A DNA stretch of 52,382 nucleotides, from IMG/VR virus record IMGVR_UViG_3300020403_000015, positions 1 through 52,382 of that record. One strand, written 5' to 3'. Source of the stretch: a virus (lineage: Duplodnaviria; Caudoviricetes). Positions within the stretch are counted from its first letter, which is position 1, and every line of letters begins with the position of its first letter. The translations under genes and the position numbers were made by a program. Under the pieces are notes generated by a model. That model worked only from the letters and a program-made list of their open reading frames with translations, was not told the origin of the DNA and did no database searches. Of the stretch, positions 1-9,704 are shown piece after piece.

Positions 1-1
1 G

Positions 2-430
2 CAGATTCCGGGTCATGTTATCCAGTGTGTGCGAACTTATGTGGCTAGTAGCTCAAATATACAAGCTGCAACGCAAACCTTCACAGCATCAGGTATTATA
101 GCTTCTATTACTCCTAAAGCATCAGGAAATCTAATATTAATAGATTGCACGTTATCAATGGTTGATTGTGAAAGTGATATTATATGGATGAAAATGTATC
201 AGAAAATTGGTAGTGGCTCCTACGCTGTCATGGCGGGGGCCGCAGACTATCAGATGGGTCTTCAATCCGCTTCAAGGTGGCCCCCTGCTGTTTTTGGTGG
301 AAGCTACACAGCAACAAGCACATCACAATTAACATACCAGCCATACTTTAGGTCATCTGGGGGCGGCAATGTAAAAATTGTACACGATAGCAGTGCTTAC
401 TCACTGACCCTGACGGAGATTGCACAATGA
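2..430 (+). CDS. Short tail-fibre/virion-associated protein, 5' partial; paralogue of 427-930
   Basis: Frame is open from base 2 (QIPGHVIQ...). Shares IPGHV.Q, SITP.SxxxILI, TxTSxxTY and terminal LxEIA motifs with the next ORF. Confidence 0.65.
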   Translation, partial: QIPGHVIQCVRTYVASSSNIQAATQTFTASGIIASITPKASGNLILIDCTLSMVDCESDIIWMKMYQKIGSGSYAVMAGAADYQMGLQSASRWPPAVFGGSYTATSTSQLTYQPYFRSSGGGNVKIVHDSSAYSLTLTEIAQ

Positions 431-930
431 GTAAGCTCTTTGTTGATGACATTGTTGAGAAGACCAGCGGTCATGGTGTAAGTATTCCGGGTCATGTGAG
501 TCAAATGATTAGAGCCGCCGCCACTCCCAGATTAACAGGCTCTGTAACGGCTGGAACTTATATTGATACGGGACTTACGGCTTCTATAACCCCAGCATCA
601 ACAAGTAGTAAAATCTTGGTTTTTAGTCGAATAGGAATGAACGCCGATGTAGCCACTTATCATTATAGTAAAGCAGTGCGAAGCATTGGCGGCGGTGCTT
701 ATGCTGTTCCAACTGGGTCTAATCAATACGGACAAGCTGTAGAATATAAAGCTGCCAGTGAATGGACGAGCCTTGATGCTGCTTTTATTGATGAGCCAGC
801 TACAACTTCTGCGATAACGTACAAAGTTCAATACACAACCCACAACAATGCAACTTGGTATTATGGTTTTAACGGTTCAGGTGGCGCTGACAATATGAAC
901 GCATTAATTTTGTTAGAAGTAGGTGGATAG
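427..930 (+). CDS. Short tail-fibre/virion-associated protein (marine phage family)
   Basis: ATGA overlap with the previous ORF; IPGHVSQ, TASITPASTSSKILV, PATTSAITYKVQ and LLEVGG motifs. Confidence 0.65.
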   Translation: MSKLFVDDIVEKTSGHGVSIPGHVSQMIRAAATPRLTGSVTAGTYIDTGLTASITPASTSSKILVFSRIGMNADVATYHYSKAVRSIGGGAYAVPTGSNQYGQAVEYKAASEWTSLDAAFIDEPATTSAITYKVQYTTHNNATWYYGFNGSGGADNMNALILLEVGG

Positions 931-933
931 AAG

Positions 934-1443
934 ATGACAAGCATCTTAAAGGTAGGCGAGGTACAACACACCAACGGGACTAGTGCGCTGACGATTAACA
1001 CTCAAGGTTATCTTTCACCCAAAGTGGTAGCGTTTCATGCCAGATACATTGATAGCTCTGTTGGCACACTGGCAAACGGAAACTATGTTATTTTCCAAAG
1101 CGTCGATACCAATGAAGGCAGTGGGTACAACAATACTACTGGTATCTTTACAGTTCCTACAGGCGCAAATGGTACTTACTATTTCTATAGCAGATTGCTT
1201 TATGACAAAAACTCTTCAGCGAACCCCGACACTAGTTACAAAAACCTTTACTTTCACAAAAACAACTCGTTGGTAGGCGGCACTAATATTTCTCATTACT
1301 ACGGACGAGGCGACTACGACTACGTTGATGGAACGATGTGTGTCAATTTGGCGGCTGGCGACACCATGAGAATTTTCCACGAGGGTAATGCGACTTTGTA
1401 CGCAGGGTCGTATAGTAGTTTTAATGGCTTCAGAATAGGATAG
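934..1443 (+). CDS. C1q/TNF-like domain tail fibre/adhesin protein
   Basis: VAFHA...VIF..V.TNEGSGYNNTTGIFTVP...GTYYFY...L.AGD...SSFNGFRIG is the C1q signature. Confidence 0.8.
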   Translation: MTSILKVGEVQHTNGTSALTINTQGYLSPKVVAFHARYIDSSVGTLANGNYVIFQSVDTNEGSGYNNTTGIFTVPTGANGTYYFYSRLLYDKNSSANPDTSYKNLYFHKNNSLVGGTNISHYYGRGDYDYVDGTMCVNLAAGDTMRIFHEGNATLYAGSYSSFNGFRIG

Positions 1444-1452
1444 GAGAAGAAA

Positions 1453-1836
1453 ATGAGCGTATCACAAGCACTCACAGAACTAGGCATCAACGAATGGGTG
1501 CTTCGTGGTGAGCCAACAACAGAAGATGAATTTAGAGAGATGTTCCGCAAAATTACAGGCGCTGATGAAACTGGAACAGCCATTGAAAGTAACAACCCTG
1601 ATGACTGGGGTACAACTTGGTCAGCGGTCAAAGCAAAGGCTGATGAGATAAAGGCAGCAGAGCCTATGAAACTGCTACGGGCAGAGCGCGACAGACGACT
1701 TGCCGAAGTGGACTGGTGGGCATCTAGCGACCTAACAATGAGCGATGAGCGTAAAGCATATCGTCAGGAACTGCGTGATATTACCAAAAGCGCTACCAGC
1801 CTTGACGATGTTAAGTGGCCTACCAAACCGGAGTAA
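1453..1836 (+). CDS. Phage tail fibre assembly chaperone-like protein
   Basis: LRAERDRRLAEVDW...YRQELRDIT...WPTKP C-terminal motif; AGGAG RBS. Confidence 0.75.
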   Translation: MSVSQALTELGINEWVLRGEPTTEDEFREMFRKITGADETGTAIESNNPDDWGTTWSAVKAKADEIKAAEPMKLLRAERDRRLAEVDWWASSDLTMSDERKAYRQELRDITKSATSLDDVKWPTKPE

Positions 1837-1839
1837 GAC

Positions 1840-2337
1840 ATGAGCAACGCTCGTATACTTGCTAATTTAATGGGAACAAGCACTACAGTTCCGTCTTCTA
1901 AGCTGTCTCTTGTGAAGGGTGATATGCCATCGGGTTCCTTGCTCAATGCAGCTATGTATTCTGCTATGCAACAAGTTAATGTATCAAGTTCAACTTCGTA
2001 TGTCGCTGCATGGACAATTGATTACACACCAGTTAGTTCAAATAGTGTTTTGTATTTTTATATTTCAACTCCGTCTTTAGGTGAAGCAAGCAATAGGATG
2101 GATTTGAAATTAAATTGGAGAGGTGGGACTGATACAGAACTTTTAACTGTGATGGATATTTATACGCGGCCCTCTGGTTGGGACCAGTATACAATCTTTA
2201 TCCCTTATCAAGTGGGTAACAACGCTACCACTCAAGGAACACTAACTTGTACAGCGAGAAGTAATGGTGAAGGCATTGTTTATATAAATTACTCTTACGC
2301 AGGAACAAGAATTATAGTTAATGAAGTAGCTGCCTGA
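1840..2337 (+). CDS. Short tail-fibre/virion-associated protein, divergent paralogue
   Basis: MS.AR.LA.L N-terminus, MPSGSLL, YTPVSSNSVLY and terminal EVAA. Confidence 0.55.
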   Translation: MSNARILANLMGTSTTVPSSKLSLVKGDMPSGSLLNAAMYSAMQQVNVSSSTSYVAAWTIDYTPVSSNSVLYFYISTPSLGEASNRMDLKLNWRGGTDTELLTVMDIYTRPSGWDQYTIFIPYQVGNNATTQGTLTCTARSNGEGIVYINYSYAGTRIIVNEVAA

Positions 2338-3119
2338 TGTTTGGTGAGTTGGCATTATCCGAAAGGGCTATAGCTTCCCAAGGAGTAATGCTTTTTGGTT
2401 CTGAAACTTTAACCTCTGACTTTGAACTTTCGGGCAACGCCACGCCAGTTTTTACAGGCGTTCTTGAATTAAGTGGCACAATGGATATCACAGCCTCTAT
2501 TGGTGTAGGCATTATGTCTGGTGTTTTGACTGGTGACATAAACTTCACCCAGACATCTGATGCATCTGCCATACTCTCTGGCGCACAGGAATGTATAAGC
2601 AGCTTTGAGAGTAGCGCAGCAGCAAACAAAATAAAGGTTACAGAAGCCTCTCTAGACTCGTTCTTTACATTGTCATCTGATGGTTTACGCCTAGCGAGTG
2701 GCGCTAGTACACTAATAACTTCTTTTACTGAGGAGTCAGCAGGAAATATAACGTCTGTAGGTGCAGCCGAATCTTCAGCTAACTTTACTCAGGAGTCTGC
2801 AAGTATTGTAATTCGGTCTGCTTTATCTACACAGTCAGCTAATTTTACGAAGTCAGCCCTTGGCAGTTTAGTCATGCGGGGAGTAGTACCCGCGCAAAGT
2901 TCCTTCACTCAGTCTACCTTGGGTATGGCTGTGTACTCTGGTATTAGTGGTCAAGAGTTCCTTTTTATCCAGACAACAGACGGGGCTGTATTATGGACGG
3001 TTCTTAACACAAGCAGCCCAGCAGAAAATTGGACATCTATGGCTTCCTCTACAACAGAGACTTGGGTTGACTTGTCAACTTCGACTAACGTTGAAAGCTG
3101 GAATAACTGGCTGAGATAG
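2337..3119 (+). CDS. Virion structural protein (Ser/Thr/Ala-rich)
   Basis: 260-aa ORF with repetitive S.FTQ.S units, located in the tail cluster. Confidence 0.55.
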   Translation: MFGELALSERAIASQGVMLFGSETLTSDFELSGNATPVFTGVLELSGTMDITASIGVGIMSGVLTGDINFTQTSDASAILSGAQECISSFESSAAANKIKVTEASLDSFFTLSSDGLRLASGASTLITSFTEESAGNITSVGAAESSANFTQESASIVIRSALSTQSANFTKSALGSLVMRGVVPAQSSFTQSTLGMAVYSGISGQEFLFIQTTDGAVLWTVLNTSSPAENWTSMASSTTETWVDLSTSTNVESWNNWLR

Positions 3120-3165
3120 TTCAGCAGTATCAGTTAACGGTATGATATATTAAAATAAGGAATCT

Positions 3166-3191
3166 GCCTCACCTAAAAGTGGGGCTTTTTT
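3166..3191 (+). terminator. Putative intrinsic terminator
   Basis: GCCTCAC-ctaaaa-GTGGGGC hairpin followed by TTTTTT. Confidence 0.6.
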
Positions 3192-3204
3192 ATTGGGGAT
3201 TGTA

Positions 3205-4134
3205 ATGGCATCAACATACACTAACATTGGTTTTGAAAAACAAGGAACGGGCGAGAACGCCAATTCTTGGGGAGATATTACTAATACCAATTTTGATATG
3301 ATTGATGAGGCTATTGCTGGCATATATTCTATTTCATCCAGCGCCACATCACAGACTGTAACTGCCCCTTCTGATGGAACAGCCAATCAATCTACGAGAT
3401 TTGCTACATATAAGTATTCGGGTTCCCCGTCAGGAGCGGTAACAGTAACCCTTCCAAGTAGTGTTAAGAAAATAATAAATGTTATAAATGGCTACAGTCA
3501 GAACATAACCTTTCAGGTTGGTAGCAACTCTGTCACCGCCACAGTCTACGCAAACTCATCGGGAATAATTCATACAGACGGGGTTAACTCTGTTCATTCT
3601 CTTTCAGAGGGTTCGGCTAATCAGCTTCGTCATAATGGAGTCACCAAAGCGCAAGCGGTATCAGGTGGTGTGGATGTAACTGGTATACTAAATGTTTCAT
3701 CGAACATTGTAGGGTCAGGAACTCTAGCTGCTGGAAACACAACCATCACTGGCACGACCGACATCACTGGCGACCTTGACGTTGACAACATCAATATAAA
3801 TGGAAACGCAATAACATCTACGGACACTAACGGGAATATTACGATTACCCCCAACGGCACTGGCTCAGTGGTTTTAGATGGAAATAATTTTCCGCAAGGG
3901 CAAGGTTCAGCCAATCAGGTTTTAACAACAAATGGTTCTGGTCAGTTAAGCTGGGCCTCGGCATCAAGTTCTCTCGGCGGCAGCTTAAGCCTTACTGGTG
4001 GCAGTGGTTGGTCAATCTCTGTTGATGGAAGTAACAATCTAGTCTTTACATATGGGTCTTCCACCGTAGCTAAGATTGCTACAAATGGCGCGATAACCAG
4101 TGAAGATGATATCTCAGCATTTGGTACAGTCTAA
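3205..4134 (+). CDS. Tail fibre / baseplate-like structural protein
   Basis: MASTY...EKQGTGENANSWGDITNTN N-terminus; GNITITPNGTG and GSANQVLTTNGSGQLSW fibre motifs. ATG at 3205. Confidence 0.7.
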   Translation: MASTYTNIGFEKQGTGENANSWGDITNTNFDMIDEAIAGIYSISSSATSQTVTAPSDGTANQSTRFATYKYSGSPSGAVTVTLPSSVKKIINVINGYSQNITFQVGSNSVTATVYANSSGIIHTDGVNSVHSLSEGSANQLRHNGVTKAQAVSGGVDVTGILNVSSNIVGSGTLAAGNTTITGTTDITGDLDVDNININGNAITSTDTNGNITITPNGTGSVVLDGNNFPQGQGSANQVLTTNGSGQLSWASASSSLGGSLSLTGGSGWSISVDGSNNLVFTYGSSTVAKIATNGAITSEDDISAFGTV

Positions 4135-4763
4135 TGGCGTTACAGTCATCTGGGTCTGTAATTAAGATGAGTCAGATAGCCACGGAATTCGGTGGCTCTG
4201 CACCACATTCGTTAAGTGAATATTATAAGAATGGTGGTTTAGTACCAAACCAAGCGATAGAGACTGTCACTGCATCTAGCCTTGGTGGGAGCAACTCCAA
4301 CCAGCCGGGAGCGAGAACCCCTCAGTTCGGGGGACATGTTCCTCAGATAAATACTTTTGGTCGTTTGTACACACAAGCCCTTTGGGGTGATAACGGCAGT
4401 ACAATAACTATGGACAGAAACTTTACTGTCGATAAAGCTGGAACCTACAATTATTACGTTGCGTATTACATACAAGGCGTTGGTTCAGCTACTGTCAGTA
4501 TGTACGCAAACGGAAGTCTTATCAGGTCACATACTTTATCTCCGGGGTATAATCAAACCGCATCAGCAAGTAACACACTTACTCTTGGTGCTGGACAGGT
4601 AATACGAACCGTTGGAAGTGGTCCATCTTCTGGCTGGGCAGCAATCACTGTTCACGTTGGCGGCAGCAGTACCAGCAATAATACTTTAGTTGTTTCCAAC
4701 AACTCCAACTTGCCAACTAGCGGTTTGATTTCAATGTCCAACTTTTACGGGTCAGCAGCATAA
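4134..4763 (+). CDS. Tail tip adhesin-like protein
   Basis: MALQSSG...EFGGSAPHSLSEYY N-terminus and PTSG.ISMSNFYG C-terminus flank a variable middle. Confidence 0.6.
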   Translation: MALQSSGSVIKMSQIATEFGGSAPHSLSEYYKNGGLVPNQAIETVTASSLGGSNSNQPGARTPQFGGHVPQINTFGRLYTQALWGDNGSTITMDRNFTVDKAGTYNYYVAYYIQGVGSATVSMYANGSLIRSHTLSPGYNQTASASNTLTLGAGQVIRTVGSGPSSGWAAITVHVGGSSTSNNTLVVSNNSNLPTSGLISMSNFYGSAA

Positions 4764-6574
4764 TGCCATTAGCTACGTTAAAATTTGCAGCGGGAATTGT
4801 AAAAGATGACACAAGCTATTCCTCTGAGGGTCGATGGGTAGACAGCGACAAGATACGCTTCTGGAATGGCAAACCAGAAAAACTGAAGGGTTGGCAGAAG
4901 TTAAGTCAAAATCAATTTAGCGGTTCTTGTCGAGGGCTTATTCAGTGGCGTGACAATAATGAATCCGCACTAATTGCTGTAGGCACACACACGCACCTTT
5001 ATATATACAAGGGCGGCGTACTGTATGATGTGACCCCAGCAACAGCCACAGGCAATTTGAGCAATGCTTTTGCAGTAACGAGCGGCTCAAGCGTTGTGAC
5101 AATAACCTCAAACGCACATGGACTAGTCACTGGTAATCGTATCATACTGGGGGCCGCTAACTTTAGCGGTATAACTTGGGCGGCAAGCACAGAGTTTCAG
5201 GTTACTGTTGTAAACACAAACTCATTTACTATTGATGCTTCACAACCCCTGACTGCTGGGGCAACGCCAAGTGGCAACGCATCCGCTACAGCCTCTAGCA
5301 CAGGCGGGACAGTGTCTTACTCCTTTCTTCTTAACCCCGGTCAGTCATCGTCTGTGTTTGATTATGGTTACGGGGTTGGAACATGGAATACAGCGAGAGT
5401 TGGTGGCGGCTGGAATGTTCCAGCCAATACAACTGGTGTTGAGGTTGATGCAAGAACTTGGTCCTTTGATATTCTGGGTGAGGACTTGGTTGCATCAGTA
5501 ATTGGTCAGCCATTGATACAGTGGGATGCCAGCAACGGTGTAGGCAACAGAGCCTTCTTTATTAACGATGCATATACAAGTGACTCAGCCACACCAGATA
5601 CAACCCGTGGTGTTATTGTATCCACACCTGACAGACACCTAATTGCACTTGGGGCTGATGACCCCTTAACAATTGCATTTGCAAGCCAAGAAACAACAAA
5701 CACTTGGACACCCGCTGCAACCAATACAGCGGGTACTCAACGAATTACTGGCGGCTCCAAAATTATTGGAGCAAGAAGAACTCGCGGTCAAATATTGATA
5801 TGGACTGATACAAGTCTCCATTCGATGACATTCAGGGGACCACCCTACACTTTCGGATTCAGAGAGCTTGCTACTGGGTGTGGTCTCAGTGGTCCACTAG
5901 CAGCGGTTGAGGTTGGCGGTATCGTTTACTGGATGGGCATAAAGCAGTTCTTTGCCTTTGACGGTTCGGTTAGACCGTTAATCGGTCCTGTAAATAACTT
6001 TGTATTTGAGGATTTGAATTCAGTTCAAATTGAGAAGGTGGTTGCTGGACTAGATAAAGAACACAGTGAGGTGTTCTGGTTCTATCCAGATGCAAGCAAT
6101 AACGAGAACAATAGATATGTTAAGTATAATTATCGTGAGAACGTTTGGGATATTGGAACCATGTCACGCACGGCGTGGTCAGACGCTTCAACCTTCCCGA
6201 ACAACATTGGGGCAGGAACAACAGGATACCTGTACTCACACGAAATCGGGAATGATGATGATGGCACGGCGATGGACTCGTTTATTACAAGTGCCGACAT
6301 GGATATCGGAGATGGTCAAGAAGTTATGTTTATCCAACGTGCGCTTCCAGACCTCATCGTTGACGGGACAGCAAAAATATCCTTCTCCACCAGAAAAGAC
6401 GCTATGTCCAGTTCTGCAACTAAAGGACCATTTTCAATCACCCCTACTACGACAAAGATTAATCCAAGGGTGCGAGGGCGGCAACTGTCTATCAAGGTTG
6501 AATCAGATGCGGTCGGGACTAGCTGGCGGTTGGGCCATACGAGAGTCGATATGCAACCAGATGGTGAGAGATAA
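4763..6574 (+). CDS. Tail tubular/nozzle protein (P22 gp10 / T7 gp12-like)
   Basis: 603 aa, beta-rich; W.DSDKIRF..G.PEK..GW start and R.RGRQ...WRLG..R.D.QPDG.R end; typical position. Confidence 0.7.
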   Translation: MPLATLKFAAGIVKDDTSYSSEGRWVDSDKIRFWNGKPEKLKGWQKLSQNQFSGSCRGLIQWRDNNESALIAVGTHTHLYIYKGGVLYDVTPATATGNLSNAFAVTSGSSVVTITSNAHGLVTGNRIILGAANFSGITWAASTEFQVTVVNTNSFTIDASQPLTAGATPSGNASATASSTGGTVSYSFLLNPGQSSSVFDYGYGVGTWNTARVGGGWNVPANTTGVEVDARTWSFDILGEDLVASVIGQPLIQWDASNGVGNRAFFINDAYTSDSATPDTTRGVIVSTPDRHLIALGADDPLTIAFASQETTNTWTPAATNTAGTQRITGGSKIIGARRTRGQILIWTDTSLHSMTFRGPPYTFGFRELATGCGLSGPLAAVEVGGIVYWMGIKQFFAFDGSVRPLIGPVNNFVFEDLNSVQIEKVVAGLDKEHSEVFWFYPDASNNENNRYVKYNYRENVWDIGTMSRTAWSDASTFPNNIGAGTTGYLYSHEIGNDDDGTAMDSFITSADMDIGDGQEVMFIQRALPDLIVDGTAKISFSTRKDAMSSSATKGPFSITPTTTKINPRVRGRQLSIKVESDAVGTSWRLGHTRVDMQPDGER

Positions 6575-6816
6575 TGGTACTGCCCCGACCAACTGAAAAC
6601 ATGCAGTACTGGGGTGATGTACTGGTAGACGAACTTGAAAACGAAATAGAAAAGATTAACCAAGCAGCCAACACAGGTGACCCTGATGTTGGCTTTACTG
6701 TTTCTAACTTTACAGAAACAAAAACTCTGAACGCAGGGACTGCAAGCACTGCTCAAGTTGCTGCCGTTCTAGCAACATTAATTAAGGCCATGAGAAACAA
6801 AGGGATATTAGCGTAA
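6574..6816 (+). CDS. Small hypothetical virion protein
   Basis: Translationally coupled 80-aa ORF. Confidence 0.6.
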   Translation: MVLPRPTENMQYWGDVLVDELENEIEKINQAANTGDPDVGFTVSNFTETKTLNAGTASTAQVAAVLATLIKAMRNKGILA

Positions 6817-8267
6817 TGTGCGTCATACAACGTGGGATGAGAAACGGCGGTCCACCCCTCACCGCAGATATTGCTGGTCAGGAACATATGCTGGCCTACA
6901 TTACACCTCAAGAAGGTGGGTTGCTAAAAGCCGCTGGCGGTGCTGGTAAACCCGGCCCAATGGGAATCATGTCATTCTTTTTGGGAGAAGGTTCAGGGGC
7001 TGTCAGCGGTGGAAGTAGCTTTGGCGATTTCAGCGATGATGACCCCGCTGATGACATGGATGGCCCATATGGTGGCGACACCTCTGGGAATATGGGACCA
7101 GACAGTGCTGGCGGTGGGTCATATGGTGGTAGCTTTAGTGATGGAACAGACCTTGGGACAGACTTTGGGGACGATTACAACAGACCTAACGTTCAATATG
7201 ACTATGTAAACGAAGATACCGCAACAATGGGCCGTCAATTCGCTAATAGGAAGGAAGCTCAAAAATACGCTGACATGGTCAGTAAGGTTCCTCTTGGAAC
7301 TAGCTATGGAACCTACAGAACACCAGACCAGAGAACACTAGCTGATGACAAACCAACGGGCATTAGGGGTATATTCAGTCGCCTGAATGCGGCTCGCTAT
7401 AACCCCTATTCTTTAAACCGACAAGACCTAACAACAGGCGCACCTCGCGCATTTGGTGGATTAACCAAGGACCAAGTTACAGCACTCAGTCAGCGAAAAG
7501 ACCCGATTGGAAAGAAAGCGTATGCAGCACACCTCGCTGCCAAACAAGGAAACGTAAAGGATGGGGCTTTTGGGTACATGATAGACCCAGATGACCCAAA
7601 CAGAGTTGGCGGTTACACTCACGACTCAGGGCTTCCCTCACTAGGATTTTCAGGAATAATGAAATCACTCTTTGGTGGTGGGAAGAACCTTGCTGGTGAA
7701 GAGTACGGTAGAATTAATGAAGTTTACACGGGCGACAGTGACCTAAATCCTTTTGACGAAAGCAATTGGAACGGTGATGACGGGGGTGACTCTGAAGTTG
7801 CTAAAAAGAAAGACCCCTGCCCTGAAGGATACGTCTACAGCGAGGAGTCTAACAGTTGTATCAAAGTTGAAACAGACGAAGACGGTGAGCGCGGTACATC
7901 ATTTAAGTTAAACACAGAACCCTTCCCTGACCTCAGTCGCTACGGTCGAGATGGCAAGGGTGAGTATCGTTTCTTTACTGAGATGCCCGGAATCCTGAAT
8001 ATGGATTCAGGTGGGCTTCCATCTTTAAAAAAAAAAGAATTACCACGACAACCTACAGGTGAGGTTGTAGGTCCGGGTGGGCCGAAGGACGACTTGGTAG
8101 GGCCAATCGCCCTATCCAACCGTGAGTATGTAGAGCCATACGAGCGTGTGCTTGACGAAGGAAATGGGAACTATAAGCGGGGTATTGAGGTGTTAGAGAA
8201 AAAACGCCACGCCGCATTGAGGAAATACCGTGACCGAGTTAAGTCTGAGAATAGCAGGGCAGCTTGA
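6816..8267 (+). CDS. Internal virion/ejection protein
   Basis: HMLAYITPQE..LL...GG.G motif and GPGGPKDDLV...LSNREYV motif; Gly/Asp-rich. Confidence 0.55.
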   Translation: MCVIQRGMRNGGPPLTADIAGQEHMLAYITPQEGGLLKAAGGAGKPGPMGIMSFFLGEGSGAVSGGSSFGDFSDDDPADDMDGPYGGDTSGNMGPDSAGGGSYGGSFSDGTDLGTDFGDDYNRPNVQYDYVNEDTATMGRQFANRKEAQKYADMVSKVPLGTSYGTYRTPDQRTLADDKPTGIRGIFSRLNAARYNPYSLNRQDLTTGAPRAFGGLTKDQVTALSQRKDPIGKKAYAAHLAAKQGNVKDGAFGYMIDPDDPNRVGGYTHDSGLPSLGFSGIMKSLFGGGKNLAGEEYGRINEVYTGDSDLNPFDESNWNGDDGGDSEVAKKKDPCPEGYVYSEESNSCIKVETDEDGERGTSFKLNTEPFPDLSRYGRDGKGEYRFFTEMPGILNMDSGGLPSLKKKELPRQPTGEVVGPGGPKDDLVGPIALSNREYVEPYERVLDEGNGNYKRGIEVLEKKRHAALRKYRDRVKSENSRAA

Positions 8268-8691
8268 CGAACCAATAGTCCTTGACTTGTTAATGGCTAT
8301 GCATAGCGAAGCTGGCATGGGTTCTATCAACCCGCAAAAGGTAACTAACGCAATACGGCACTGTCGAGAGATGGGGTGTATACTCGTTGTAGAGGTCAAT
8401 GGTTTGGTCTCTGCCATCATGGGTCTACGTCCTGATGGTTTCTGGTGGTCCGATGATGTGGCTTTGTTCGACCAGTTCACTTACGTCAAGCCTGAAGCAA
8501 GGAAGACACGGGCGATATTCAAGCTGGTCCAGAAGGCAAAAGAAATAGCTGTTGAAGCTGGGATGCCATTGTTAATTGCAAACTTTGGCCCCGTAGACAC
8601 AGACATAAAGTCAAGATTGTATCGCCGCTTTGGGCGAGACATTGGAACAACAATAATCACTGGAGACACAGGAACATTCCTTTGGAGATAA
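8230..8691 (+). CDS. GNAT-fold acetyltransferase-like protein of the virion gene block
   Basis: YVKPEARKTRAIFKLV..AK..A and LYRRFG resemble GNAT motifs A/B. Confidence 0.6.
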   Translation: MTELSLRIAGQLDEPIVLDLLMAMHSEAGMGSINPQKVTNAIRHCREMGCILVVEVNGLVSAIMGLRPDGFWWSDDVALFDQFTYVKPEARKTRAIFKLVQKAKEIAVEAGMPLLIANFGPVDTDIKSRLYRRFGRDIGTTIITGDTGTFLWR

Positions 8692-8694
8692 ATT

Positions 8695-9693
8695 ATGGGT
8701 TCATTTTGTAGTTCAGGTACACAGACCACAAGTCAAACAACGAGGCTTCCTGATTATATCCTCGACCCGTTGAAGGATAATCTTGGTGTAGCTGCTAATC
8801 TGGTCAAACAGCCCTATCAAACATACGGCGGTGATAGGATTCAGGACTATTCACAAGACCAGCTTGATGCCTTTCAAGACATTCGTGACATGCAAGGCAC
8901 TGGTCAGGCTGACCTTGGTCAGGCGATGCAGGGCATCAAAGGGTTATCTCCAATCCAAGCCCAAAATGTACAGGCTCAAACATTTGATGCTGCTGCGGCG
9001 CAACAGTACATGGACCCGTATCAACAGCAAGTCCTCGATGTTGCAAGACAAAGAGCCTTTGACGCTGAAGACATAGCTGCACAAAAACGTGCGGCGAGAC
9101 AGGTAGCTGCTGGGGCTTTCGGTGACAATTCACGAAGGTTTATTGAGAACACAGAGGCTCAGAAAAATCTCCAAGACCGCATGGCTATGATGGAAGCTGA
9201 CCAGTTATCTAAAGCATATAAGAACGCACAGTCTGCCTACGCTACTGATGCGAAGATGGATATGACAGCACAGCAGTTAAACCAAGCTGCCGACCTAACT
9301 GCCCAACAATCAGACTCAGCACAAACAATGGCCCAAGCACAGGGCATACAAGGTCTTGTTGGCGCACAGCAAGGACTTGGATACGACCAAGCAAATGCCT
9401 TGATGCAAGTTGGTGGGGCAAATCAACAGATGGGTCAGGCTGGCCTCGACCTAGCCTATCAGGACTTCCAAGCGCAACAGCAGCATCCCTATGGTCAAGT
9501 AGGGTTTATGGCAAATCTTCTTCAAGGCGCACCAATGGGGTCTACAACAAGCTATACACAACCGACCGCTTCCCCTTTTCAATCTATAGCTGGTTTAGGA
9601 CTAGCTGGTCTTGGATTGTACGGAAAGATGGGTGGTTTCAGTCCATATGGATTTGGTGGGGTTAACCCAACCACGGGTAACCCGTACTCTTAA
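8695..9693 (+). CDS. DNA ejection/pilot protein
   Basis: Q/A-rich; QYMDPYQQQV, GAFG..R and a hydrophobic Gly-rich C-terminus. Confidence 0.65.
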   Translation: MGSFCSSGTQTTSQTTRLPDYILDPLKDNLGVAANLVKQPYQTYGGDRIQDYSQDQLDAFQDIRDMQGTGQADLGQAMQGIKGLSPIQAQNVQAQTFDAAAAQQYMDPYQQQVLDVARQRAFDAEDIAAQKRAARQVAAGAFGDNSRRFIENTEAQKNLQDRMAMMEADQLSKAYKNAQSAYATDAKMDMTAQQLNQAADLTAQQSDSAQTMAQAQGIQGLVGAQQGLGYDQANALMQVGGANQQMGQAGLDLAYQDFQAQQQHPYGQVGFMANLLQGAPMGSTTSYTQPTASPFQSIAGLGLAGLGLYGKMGGFSPYGFGGVNPTTGNPYS

Positions 9694-9704
9694 AGGAATG
9701 AGAC

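Noticed and set aside
1-4763. Diversity-generating retroelement acting on tail adhesins
   Set aside because: No reverse transcriptase, and no ~100-bp TR/VR pair differing at adenines was seen.
8026-8036. A-run as frameshift or phase-variation site
   Set aside because: The reading frame stays open through it (LKKKE) and the downstream conserved motif is in frame.
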